DNA of 61,578 bases, filler included, from Sphacelaria rigidula (lineage: Eukaryota): NCBI GenBank assembly GCA_964200075.2. It is 4 parts of 4 records of this genome, joined end to end, with 100 filler letters (N's around TTAATTAATTAA, not from the genome) between each part and the next. Parts side by side here need not be neighbours in the genome. Positions count along the whole stretch, not along the records: positions 1 to 15,325 come from CAXNAA020001796.1; 3 more parts are not named here. One strand, written 5' to 3'. Position numbers and translations under genes: made by a program. How positions within the stretch are numbered: the first letter of the stretch is position 1; the number at the start of each line of letters is the position of its first letter. Shown here in pieces: positions 1-11,600 of the stretch. The notes under the pieces were generated by a model. The model made no database searches. It saw only the letters and a program-made list of their open reading frames with translations, and was not told where the DNA came from.

Positions 1-246
1 TTTCAGCACGCTTTTAACCAGGGGCAATTTCAGATGGCTGGGATTGTTCGTGTGGCAGAGCCAGGGGGTCGTTCGTTGATCGTATTGGTCGACTGGGTGG
101 GTTTTGAAGTCGAGGAGCGTACGTGGGAGCCTTTTGAAAATATTTTTGAGGCAGCTCCGGAATTTCTCAAGAAGGATTTGCGTAAGGTGAGAGTGACTCG
201 TTCCATTGCTGCTCAGATTACGCATGAGTTTGGGATTCAGTTGTGA
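1..246 (+). mobile_element. 3' end of a Ty3/Gypsy pol ORF with a C-terminal chromodomain (chromovirus-like)
   Basis: The frame is open from base 1: FQHAFNQGQFQMAGIV...LVDWVGFEVEERTWEPFENIFEAAPEFL...*. The V-x-W-x-G-F...TWEP pattern is a chromodomain. A G-rich PPT-like tract (ttgggggtgc, ~316-325) and a TG-starting LTR follow. Confidence 0.8.
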
Positions 247-325
247 CTTGCTCAATCGTTTTGGCGTTATTTTTCTGAGGGTCAAGCTTGTTGCTCGATG
301 CTCGTCCAACGCGCTTTGGGGGTGC

Positions 326-1040
326 TGCGACGAAATCACGCCTTCACGTTGAGTAGATGGTGATGATTGAATGATGGTAGTGATGAGATGGATGATGACA
401 TGGACACAGGGGTGTTACCCTGATGTGATTTATGGAGCGTATGTGCCTGGGGGGCACTCCAGGAATGATCAGGTGTTGTGAAGGCTGACAACTGAGACCT
501 TGAGGCCAGTGGAACTGGGGAATCCCTCAGCAGCATTTAGACGGTGCAGTACTAGCAACCTGCTAGCGTCACAGGGCCTTCATCGTGTTCCTTGTTTTGG
601 GCATATTACCAGGCATGTTTTGGTTCCATTTCTGGCTCTAGGTGGGGTAGATGACATTTGTGTGAGATAAGTCTTACTAAGATCGGTTGAGGCTAGCATT
701 CGCCCTCACTCTGGTTTTGGACCCAGCAACGACCTTTGGACAGCACTCTTTTGTTCCTATGGGCCAACCGAGTTTCTACCAGTGAGCCTCTGCATGTGGC
801 CAAAGGTTTACTCCTTTGTATTGTACAAAAAAATAATTGGTTTCTCCCAGCGCCCAAGATCAACTTGGGCTCTGCATGCATGCACTGTGAGGCCAGATGT
901 GAAGAAATCATGGCGTGGCTCAAGTCGTTACTTTTGTGTGGGACTGGGACTTTATTTGGAGGTACTTGCGAGCCGTACTTGAGGGCAAAACCCTAACTCT
1001 ACACGCAATACTATCGGAATTGGCGGTGCTTTTCGTTTCA
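326..1040 (+). mobile_element. Putative 3' LTR of the chromodomain Gypsy element
   Basis: Starts tgcgacgaaa directly after the PPT-like tract and ends tttcgtttca, an imperfect TG...CA terminal inverted repeat. The partner LTR is not in the window. Confidence 0.5.
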
Positions 1041-1043
1041 CGG

Positions 1044-3300
1044 TGTGACGGAAGTCAGTGTCGGGACTTCAATGTCGCACAGATTTTGGTGCGCGCGTAC
1101 CGACATGAGCGCCTGGAGACTTGAGCTCATTCCGATAGTCAGCAGGCTTGTGTTTGATTTGTATTCGGGGGAGGGGCAACGCATATATTCGAAGCTGCCA
1201 ATGTATGAATGGTGCTGGTCTTCTGGGTGTATCCTTTGTTTGCCAAAGTTGCGACTGCTGCCGAGATAGCCCGCCCCCGAACGGGCCAAAACAGTGCACG
1301 GAGGCGATGATCATAAACGCCGTTATAGCTGGTTTCGTGCTGCACGACGCGACTCATTTGGGCGTTATAATAGCTTATTTCGGACTGCTACATGCCTCTC
1401 ATGTGGGTGAAATCGCCGCAGACGAGCCCAATAGTGGGACCACAGCCGGTTTGTCGGACGGTCCCTGGTGCACTTTTCGTGGGGGAGCTATCTCGGCATT
1501 AGTCTTGCATGGCAATAGTTGCCTTTTTAAGGTGCTTTCTTTGCCAGCGGCGGGTTGTGTGTATGTTTTTTTGTGTTGCTCAGGTTGCGAACGCTTCCTA
1601 TCCCTCTGTGTAGGCAGCAAACCGTCGAGTTGTGGTTGAATGGCGCCGCAGTCCATCTTGTGGAGGGGTCTCGAGCCTCCGGGCTCGTGCGCAAGTATCT
1701 AGCTCGTGGGCAACAATGTGACAGGGTGCTTGTGGGGTTGAGAGTAGCTCTAGAGCGTCGATCCTACTCAGAGGTATCGGGCATAGCGGGGATAGGCAAT
1801 CTGGAGCTGAAAGGGGTCATTCATTAACCCTTTTGGAACCCTCCCCTCCTGTACCCTGGCAAAACGCCTTATTACGAGAAGCCCTGACGAAGAGGAAACA
1901 TGTAAACAGAATCGGCCGACGGCAACTATTTTTATAATGGGAGTCCGGAGAAGAATGTCCTCCCTGGAGAATTTGGGTAAGGTTTGTCCAATCATACCAC
2001 GCAACGGATGAAGTGTGTCCAATTTTATCCATCGACAATAATCAGCAAAACCACTATGAAACATTCCATTCAAAAAATAGCAATGGGCTCCAGGGTCCAA
2101 CCCGGCACGTTTGTATATTAGCATCTGTACATGAGGGAAGCACCGCTTTGACGGGCTGCAGCATCGGGTGGCGAGTTTGCCAAGCCACACCGTTCATACA
2201 GCACAGCATGGCTGAACCCAGCGAAATCCCGTCACCACATGTGGAAGGCACACTGGGTTGTGCGGGCGGTACATCGCGGGTGTAATCGCAGGCGTCCGAA
2301 CAGGCGATATACATGTACACGGAAGGGAGCCGACGGACACCGCCTACCGTAATCAGGTCAGATGGAAAACACTACAGTCAGTAAATACAGTAGGTTACAG
2401 TATTGACTTGCGGCTACACTCCGTGCAAGATAAGTATGGGCATGTCGTGAAAGGTCGGCCACGAGAGTAGACGGTACGAGAGGATAGCTGTATCCGGCGT
2501 CATGAATCTCATGCAGCATGAAATATGTCTATGCGACGGTCGGGAACGATCAACCCGCGGTGTAGATGTGGTGGGGCAACTATGCCTTTTTCGCTACGCC
2601 GTTGTGTAATGGTCAGCCCGCAGTATGATGTTGTTGGCACGTACTTGCCAGAGCGCAGTTCTGTGTGCATGCCCCGCGTTTTACAGAGATATTTTCAAAA
2701 TACAAAACAGACATGACACGAAGCAGTAAGGTATTACCCCTGGGGCGACGGCACTCGGCAAACTCTACACCACAGTGACGGTGCATAACTGCAGGGCACA
2801 TGGTGTCTGCGTCGCCTTCACCCATTTTTCAAAGGACGGGATGGTGCTGTCGGAACGTGCATGAGCGCGATGTTGTGCATGACGTGAGTCTGCAGTCGAG
2901 ATTACCTCAAACTGCTGTAAACACACCCAGTACTGTACAGGGCAGTGTCGCAGCACCCCCGGCGGCACGGAAAGGTGACTGCCTGGGATTGCATACCACC
3001 AGTTCATACATTTAGCGAATGTGCCATCGGCGTTGCCCTTGTTGCTATGGCACTGCAAAGAGTATAAACTGCAGCGGGGAGGGCGTGCAGGTCAGGCCGG
3101 AAGCATGCTTCACAGAGGCCTGCCGCGCACTGCGGCCGAGCAAGGACCTCATGAGTGTAGAAAAAAATGCCGACGGATCGAAGCAAGGAAATAGGAAACC
3201 TTCTCTTGTTCCACTTGTCACTCGTACGGGTCTGAAAAATACGCGTTTGGCCAATATTGTTGCGTCTAAGCTATGAACCATCAACCATATCTTGCTCAAA
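1044..3300 (-). mobile_element. Degenerate Ty3/Gypsy element (RNase H to integrase remnants plus short 3' LTR), tail-to-tail with the first element
   Basis: Frameshifted minus-strand fragments resemble pol motifs: 'SNKGNADG' (xANGNAD after RNase H), 'HPLRGMI' (YHPxxNGMxE), and 'HVSSSSGL...GRVP' (integrase C-terminal part). A PPT-like gggggcgggc at ~1269-1278 precedes a segment ending ccgtcaca at 1044. The left boundary is fairly clear, the right one approximate. Confidence 0.5.
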
Positions 3301-3839
3301 AATCGCCAATTGCAAATGATCAATTTTCCATTGTGAGTTCCAAAAGGGTTAAGCCGTATCTGCGCAAGAACGGGGGCAGACCACGAAGATCAGGCCAGCC
3401 TATATATAGGCTGGCGATATGAACGATGGCAAACGCAACATGCTGTTGTGATATTCCGCGCGCGAGCATGACAATTCCAACTCATAGCTAGATGACCACC
3501 ACCCCTCTCCAAAGCGGGAGCTATCTCCCGAACAAGATCCACCTAAATTCCAGAATAATATGCTGGGCTGTGCAAAACAAAACACTGGTTGCGGAGGAGA
3601 GAATGCAAGCATAGGCATTTGCCTTGCCGTGCATCGTTGTCAAAACGCACAGCAAGAACAAAACACAAAACAGGTACTCTCGTGAGCACGTGACGGCTAC
3701 ATCTATCCTTGTCGCTGCCGAGCCCGAATACCCGAAAAACCCAAGTACGAACTGCTCCTGGAACATAGCTACGGTCCCGTTCTTCTGTTGTTGACAAGTA
3801 TCCGAGCAAGTTGTTCTACACTGACAACTGCCCTGGCAA

Positions 3840-4092
3840 CTAGTTGCCTGCAGACAGCTACTTTTCCAAAATCGTGTGCAACTAGCCGCAGACAACTACT
3901 GGTTCAGAATCGTGTACAACTGGTTGTCTGCAGACAACTACTGGTTCAGAATCGTGTACAACTGGTTGTCTGCAGACAACTACTGGTTCAGAATCGTGCG
4001 CAACTGGTTGTCTGCAGACAACGACTGGTTCAGAATCGTGCGCAACTAGTTGCCCACAGACAACTACTGGTTCAGAATCGTGTGCAACTAAC
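3840..4092. repeat. 42-bp tandem minisatellite, about 6 copies
   Basis: Unit cagacaactactggttcagaatcgtgtacaactggttgtctg repeated head-to-tail. It produces the RQLLVQNRVQLVVC periodicity in ORF 3788..4096. Confidence 0.9.
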
Positions 4093-4689
4093 TTAGGTAT
4101 TGGTTATAGTTGTACAGGATGTGGAAGTTTCGTTGCGTAACTCGAAAAAGCTGATCCCAAACGATCGATGAAAGCTCAAGTTCACAAGGGAGACGTCGGT
4201 AGCGTACTATAATCAAGCAATTAGGGAGACTCGGCGTATGTTAGTATACTTACGATGCAGATACGGGCAAGCTTACCCCGTTTTTTTCGAGTCGACACCG
4301 CCCTCTGGGACGCTGGGTATCTGGCGAAAAAAAACCCGAAGGACCTCATTCGCACAGTCTTTCTAAATATCTGAGCACCCGTGTGTAAAATTTCAGGGTT
4401 TAACTCGAAAAAACGGCGTGAGCTCCCGCTTGGGAATGAAATCACCCTGAACCGGCCTATATGTTTTCCCTCGATATTTTCACCGGTATGTAAGTACGTT
4501 ACCCTCCCCCCCCCCCGATGTCATCGTTCGCACTCGCCCGGCAACGACCGTACCTGTCTCCCGCAGAATCCCGTGTCGACAATCGACAATCCGCACGCAG
4601 TATATCACCCCATATTCAACACCCCGAAATCATAATCTAACCAGTTTTTTTTTGGTGTCGTAATATTATAGTACTTACAATATGCGTGT

Positions 4690-4955
4690 GTCTGTATCTA
4701 CTCTGCTGCCCTGAATCCCCTGGGCTTTTTCCTTTTTCCTCTTTATTATTATTATTCTTTTCCTTGATGTTTCAGGTCGGCCATCTCTTCCTGTGCTTTG
4801 CTTTAGCTGATTTTTTGTTCATGTCTTGGTTTACTATGTCGTTCTGTTCGATTTTTGTCTGTTGCTTCTTTTCTTCATCGAGTGTTGAGGTTTTGCTTTT
4901 CTTGGGTACGTCTATCATGCGACCACAGCTGGACCCCTGGGGGTCAGTGAAAGTG
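4690..4955 (+). repeat. Truncated retroposon 3' end (T-rich body, ttgggtac...gaccac.gctgg...ggggtcagt)
   Basis: The same terminal motif recurs at ~10060-10290, ~12590-12850, ~19220-19441 and ~50575-50792. The last two end in (caat)n-like tails. Confidence 0.55.
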
Positions 4956-4956
4956 T

Positions 4957-5292
4957 TGTGTTTTTGTGTTGTAGTCCCATCTATTCTGGACGCCGGTCTA
5001 CACCTTTCGGTATATGTGGGCGCATCAGCCGGGGTCACACAGGAGGAAAGTTAAAACAGGAGCTTTTTTCTTCTTTTTTATTTGTTCTTGGTACCCCACC
5101 TTCCTTCTGCGGTGCTTGCCTTTACTTTTTTTATCGCGAGAGGGGTTCAGCAGTCCCTTTCCCTCGTCGATCGATAAGTCGAATTTTGTGTACCCACGAC
5201 ATAGTCNNNNNNNNCAGATCGCTCCGAGAATTGAACCCACGACCCAACCGTCAGGAGGTTACGAGGTTTCCAACTGAGCCACCGAAGGGGCC
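4957..5292 (-). mobile_element. tRNA-derived SINE
   Basis: The minus-strand head has an A box (tggctcagttgg) and a B box (ggttcaattc). The body gtgggcgcatcagccggggtcacacaggaggaa is shared with 36321-36680 and 42968-43150. Confidence 0.8.
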
Positions 5293-5605
5293 GGTTGTAC
5301 AAAGTGTTACAATCAACCAATGAAATAAAGTACTGTTCCGAGTTATGTGGTTTATCGGCCCCTTCGCTCCCTCTATGCCACGCCCGAGTGATGTATCTTT
5401 GGGGTCGCGAAGACTCGCAACCCCTGTGGCGGTGTGCACCATGTCTTATTTCTAATGGCACTTACGCTGCCCTTCCGATTCCGTCTCACGTTTTTGAAGA
5501 CATGGAACTCTTCCTGACCTCGTTCCCCGCTGCTTGTTGTTTGGGATTTGGGGTCCGGTGTTGTCTTCGTTGGGCGATGCGGTTGTGGCGGGTTACGTTT
5601 TGTAG

Positions 5606-8600
5606 GTGGATTGAATTCGGACGTGACACGCCGCCACGGTCGTTGTCTCTGACGAGTGCACGCTATAAGGACACCGAGCTCTTGAAGGACCCTGTCACGG
5701 TGAGTTTGCCCTGCAGTCCAATGGTGTCTTATGCTGCTATGTGACGATACTCTTTCCGAACGTTTGTGTACACGTCTTTCAAGATATATTTCGCGTCAAG
5801 ACGTATTTTGACCTTGAGTTGAACATGTTGAACATACTGTGCACGCAACACCCCACTGGCAGTCGTGACTGATTCCTACTTGCTAATTGCGACAGGTAGG
5901 GGGACAGGGACAGCGAGTGAACGTGAAGGAAACAGAGACGATGAGTATCTTGAGCTTGTTGTAGAAAAGAGACAATTTGCACGCGGTTTTATTTTGAACG
6001 TGCCTTTCCGGAAGACTGACTATCGCGGGCGCTGTATACGCGCTCTAGTTATGGAATCCAGGTTGGTGTATGCATAGCACGCGCACAATGCTGGTCCTAG
6101 AGAGTGAATCTCGAGGTACAGCTAGCAAGCTGTTCATCGCGGGCAATGACTCTCGTGGATATTGTCTAGGGAACTAGGAACCGGGAACGTCAGGAACGTC
6201 AGGAGCTTGCTCTCGACAAAAATAAACGACGAATTAGGTGTGGATGGTTGCCTCCATGAGATTGAGAGTTTTGTCATACAGAAATTGACCCGCAACTAGC
6301 CGGCACCTGGTGTGGGATGAGGCGAGCGTAGCTATGATAACTACGATACAGATGCTTTTATTTTTGTTTTGTGGCAACCTGTTGTTTATTCAAGAAGGCT
6401 TTCATTTGCTGGCGACATGAACCATACCCAGACGCTTTTGGTGAGGTGGTGGTTCCGGGGTGATGCTACACCGCCTTATTTTGTGTCCACAAGTGAACGT
6501 ACCTCCCCATCGTACGTTTTCCCGCCGGTTACCGAACCTTCTTCCTCGTAGACCATCGCAGTTCGATTGTAAATGCGCAGGTACCTGACCACAGCGGTAG
6601 ACACCACCACTATCGTGTTTGGGGAGGGGTGAAAGCGATTTCATCTTCGGGTGGGAAGAAACGGGGGGTCGGGGACATTTATTGTGTTGTTTACTGTTCT
6701 ATCTATGCGGTCGTGTGTTTAGGTACATCGCTATTCGTATGTAGAAGGTCTAAACGGTAGACATTCCACCCGCATAATCATGTTTTTTTCCTGGGGGGGG
6801 GGGGGAAGGGGAGTGCATTGAATCCCGGGGTAGCATTTTGTTTTCCCTCACCTTTTTTCACCTTATTCACCGTTCAATTATCCCAAAACTACTTTGACAT
6901 CATCCAGAAGCGTTGCCATTCGTACACTATAGGTCAACACGGTGGACACTCCTCCCTCTCCCCCTCCCCAATTCACGGCAGTAACCACCCGCGCGGATAG
7001 CTCTTTTTGTCCCCTGCGTCACTGACACTCCCGGCCCGAATCTGGCTCTACCCATGTTTCCGTACTGTTATACGTGATGGATCACAATTCAGGATTTAGA
7101 TGAGTATTTTGATGTATTGCGCTCGAAAATCTCAAGAACGTGACCACGGATGTGCCACAACTCGGGTACGCATCGGGGGAAATATGCCGTCGATCCCTTG
7201 ACATCGCGGACTCGTCCCCAGGGAGGGGTGGAGACTACTATAGAAAATGACGAAAATAAAGGTGTACCCTTGCTTATATATATACTTATTTATGAGATGG
7301 CGATTTGGACCCTGTCCCATTTCTCACCATGGTACCTACCCCTTGTACGGTGATGGGGTGGGATAGAATGCACCGGTGAAACAGTGGACACCGCAATTCA
7401 CCACTATCCCGGCGTGTCCGCGAGTCATGTGGCTGTAGTAGTGCATCAGTAGTACTTTTGAACAATTTGCCAATAGTTGGCCATGCGCCGTTTGTCAAAG
7501 CGGGACACACGAACACTGACTGCCCTGGCCTGATTTTGCGCGTTGATTTCCCGACAGATGGCAGTATTTTTTCTGATTTCCCATGACCCGAAAACGGAAG
7601 GTGCGTCCGCCACGATATGATGGAAGTTGATTACAGTCCATCGCTGCTGGTGTGCCGACCTATTTCTCAATCATATAGGCGAGCTCATGGCATGTACTAG
7701 GGGGATAAAGGAGTTGCACCCCGTGAGCGTGCCAGCTCTTCCCTCGTAGGAGGGAGGAAACATCGGTTCGAAACGTTGCTGTGGGGTGTTGATCAGGCGC
7801 ACTCCCCTTACTTGACTCTGTCCATGCGTTGAACGGTGACCATCACGGCCACACAGAAGACATGCCCGACTTGTCCCCATTATGTTTTATTGTTGAATGT
7901 CTTTTGGTGTTTACGCGTGCTTTGCTGCTTGACGTGGTTTATGCTGCTTGATGCACCTTCGGCAGGTGGCGAGATTGATTCCCACCCCTGTGGTGTATCC
8001 TAGCACCAACATAGTGTACATAACGGCGACGCCGTACTTGATGATCAACGGTACAAACTTCAACACCAAGAACACGCAGCTTTACTTTTCTCCACCGCTC
8101 AGCTTGGGGGACGACATCAGAATCGCAGTAAGTCATGGCATTCTCCTTTTGCTGGTCTGTATGTGTCTGTTGCATTTCAAGAAACGAGCAATCGTGCTGG
8201 AACGCACTTGGGAGTTCTCTGCGTGAGGCGTACACTCAACGATGCGGCGGCAGACGATGTGTCTTGTCTACTCGATTTTGTCCATCAGGTGGCTCACTTT
8301 GTGGTATATGATATACTGGTTGCCGTGGCGTATGTACGCGTTGGTGCTCGAGATGCGATTGTGTGTGTTTTGCCCATGAGGTTTCTTCCTGGCTCAGGTG
8401 TGTACATTTTTGGCCTACAGGTGGGTAAAACGGCATCGTTTCAGCTTCACTTTGTTTTCATGTGTTGTTTTTGTGTGCTTGTGCTAGCCGTCTTGTGCGA
8501 GATGACTCTGTGAGATGACTCTATGCACCGCTACTTCGTTTGGCGGTTGACACAGACTCAGAGATCACGCGAGATCACGCGTTAGATAAATATATTATTT

Positions 8601-11600
8601 TCGTTGAAGTGAAATGACGTCAGGTTTTCAGTGTTTCCACCATTCGGTGAAAACAGTTGGACGAAAAACTTCACATATCGTTGGCGTGATCGTCGTCATG
8701 GTTGCCAACACTGTTGATGAAATTCTTCTAGGGTAACTTCGAATGCCTACACACGCTACATCCAGTACCACAAATAACAGTTTACGCCGGGCTCGCGCAC
8801 TATTGCGCGCTAGCCAAGGGATTGTCATCACTCCATCGGCAGGGTGTTCCCGTAAAATGGTATCCCCACCTGGAGGCAATATGGTACTGGGAACACTGGA
8901 CAACATCCAAGTTGATTGGGCGCTGTCTATACCGGAGGAGTAATGTAGCGCGCGGAGTTTAAGCATTGTTACCTCTTCGAGCGCCTCAAGCTTTATGTTC
9001 CGAAAATCTGACCTGACAGTCCCGCGGACATTTGGAAGATGACGTTTGTATGCGTTGACGACCCTTTGCTGACCTCCAGGGGCTGAATCAGATAAAAGCA
9101 CCAAAATTATGTTTCGAGTTTGATTCTTAGGCAGTCCATGTCCATGACTGGGCGGGCTGGGCGGGCTGAAGGGATTTTCGACATCCTCTGTATCATGCAA
9201 GATATGACTCGTAGCTGTTACCTGCCCAAGGCTCCGATGGCACCATGGCCGCTCACAGTGGCCTCCAACCCACTCAATATCTCTGTACAGTGCTGTAATA
9301 CACTCTGTGCTGTGCTGTACTGCACCGACTATGGCACACATATAAATGGCCGTCGTAACGGCTCGGCAGGCCCAGACCCCCCTGTTCCTATATAGATCTC
9401 GTGGCTGTCATCGGAACGACAACCCCTCCCCTCCCCCTTGAAAAAAAAAAGAAGCCAGGGCAACCAAAGCTCCGTCCACGACTGGGTGCTTCAAGGGTTA
9501 TCAGGGCAACTATTATAGTCCAAACTGTTTTCGTAAATCACTGTCCGTGTGAGGTCCTGACCGCGGTCTGTGGCGAACACTTTCGGGTGCAAGATTTCAT
9601 GTGCAGGGATTTGAATACTCGAATATATGCTCGTGGATGCCCTGTCCTCGTGATCGTTGTTGTTCAGGTGAAGTCGCCGACGAAGATGCACGTACATCTT
9701 CTTAAGAAGGTGACTGTCGATGCGAGCTGGGCCGCGGAGCCTGGGCCGTTGAAGCTCGTGGGCATCGACACTGGCGGGGGCAAGCTACTCCTCCGACCAG
9801 ACGTGAGCTATGTGCATGTGTTTTCACTTGATTATTGTTGTTCTGACCACTTGAAACATTGTCTGCACTGCTTCCCCTCCCCCCCCCCCCGTCTCGAAAG
9901 GGATGCGTGGTCAATGGTCAAATTCCTCACGTCGATGAAGACTATGTGTTGCACAGTGGATCAGGACACTATTATGTGGATAACCCCCGGAAATAACATG
10001 CATTTTTTCCATTTCACATCTTTCCCACCTGAAGCCATGCTGCGGAGGCCGACCATTTCTATATATATATATTTTCTTGCCTGCTTGTTTTTTGTTCTGT
10101 GTCTGCTCTGTTCGTCTTCGTCTGTTCTAGCATTCTGTTTCCTTCACCTTCATTCAGCGCGTTTTCCCCGTTTTGTTAACTTGGGTACGTACGTCTACGT
10201 TGTGGATAATGACCACCTGGATTATTACTACCTCGGGGATCAGTTATGGTGCGACAGTGACTGAATAAACGGATGGATATATAAATCAAGTACACACTTA
10301 CGACCAGCACCAACAATACCAACCTCATTTGCTGTACCCGGGGTACTGTCGCTGATGATCCAGCTGCTTCACTTGATTGTTCGATTTTCAATCTCGATTT
10401 CATCCTTGTGTTTGTAATATTTTTTTCATTTGTGTGGATGAGATGATGCACACAGTGGATTGTACAACAGATCATGATACCTGTTGTGAATGATCGTCAC
10501 ACTTCCTCTCTTGTTAGTTTTGTTCTGGTCAGCGGGATTATTCTCCATGTTTTTGTTCTTCATTTCTTGTGTCGATGACGACGGCAGTGAGCTAGCTAGA
10601 CAGAGGATCATAACAGCTAAGGTTGTTGATCGCGTGGTAGTCACGGACTTTTGTAAATTGTTTCATTGTGGCTGAAAGGACAACAGCACTCAACAGTAGA
10701 TTGACTTATGACCGCCGTGGTGTAAAATGTGGTGCTCATTAATCCTCACTTCATCACACTTGGGACTGAAATGCGCCTTTCCACATCCCGACCCCAAAAA
10801 CTTGGACCATATGCACCCATATCATTGTAGTCAGTATAAAACGCATATACCGCGGGTATGACTTCACAAAAATGTGCACGAGAGGAAGGCGTATTGGCTG
10901 GTGCTCAATGTCATATTTTTTTCGTTTCGCCCAAAAACAAATACATAATGGCATGCTGCCGGGCAGTTACAAGGCGTCACGATAGCCGAGATCCAGGCGG
11001 ACATGACAGGACATGGGATTAAGGTGCACCCCAACCCGGAGGAAAAAATGTACCAGACCAAAACGAAGACGCTCACGTTTGCTGGCGAGGGTTTCATCCC
11101 GGGAGAGACTCTCTTCCGCTTCGGCAACCCCATCAAGGAAAAGGCTAACTATACCTCAGTGGTTACGGATGTTTCAGCGTCCCTTACGCTGGTTGAAGGG
11201 AGCAAGTGGAGATTGGTAAGCGCGGGCCCATCTTTTTGAGTCTGTTCCATGTCCATTTTGTCTTTTTTTTCTTGGTTGTTGTCGTCGGAAATTGAAACTC
11301 TTTTTCAGGCAGGGATAGATCGCAGGTGAGCTGTCCTTGTGTTTCAGGGGGGCTCAGACGGTCCCTCAACGCCGTTGTTGTTATTTTTTTGTGTTCTGTT
11401 TATTTCCGCACACTAGCCCGATCTCTCGAACCCATGGTCACTGACGTAGGCTTCCCTTTCCAGTACCGACATTGCTATTCCTTACATGTAGTAGAATCGC
11501 TTATTGAGCGACTTGTTGTAAGATTCCAAAACAAGCAAAAATCAAACGATATGAGAGACGGAAAAGAAGATTGTACTGGTACGAGAGGTCGTTTTTTGTG

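Noticed and set aside
5222..5292. tRNA gene (also 36600-36680)
   Set aside because: A and B boxes are present but there is no convincing cloverleaf, and each is fused to a repeated SINE body.
8628..9341. 237-aa intronic antisense ORF
   Set aside because: No recognisable motif or splice structure. It may be decayed TE sequence and cannot be supported without a homology search.
9401..10264. 287-aa ORF as a single-exon gene
   Set aside because: Only 9668-9802 is a splice-bounded exon. The rest is intron and repeat sequence open by chance.
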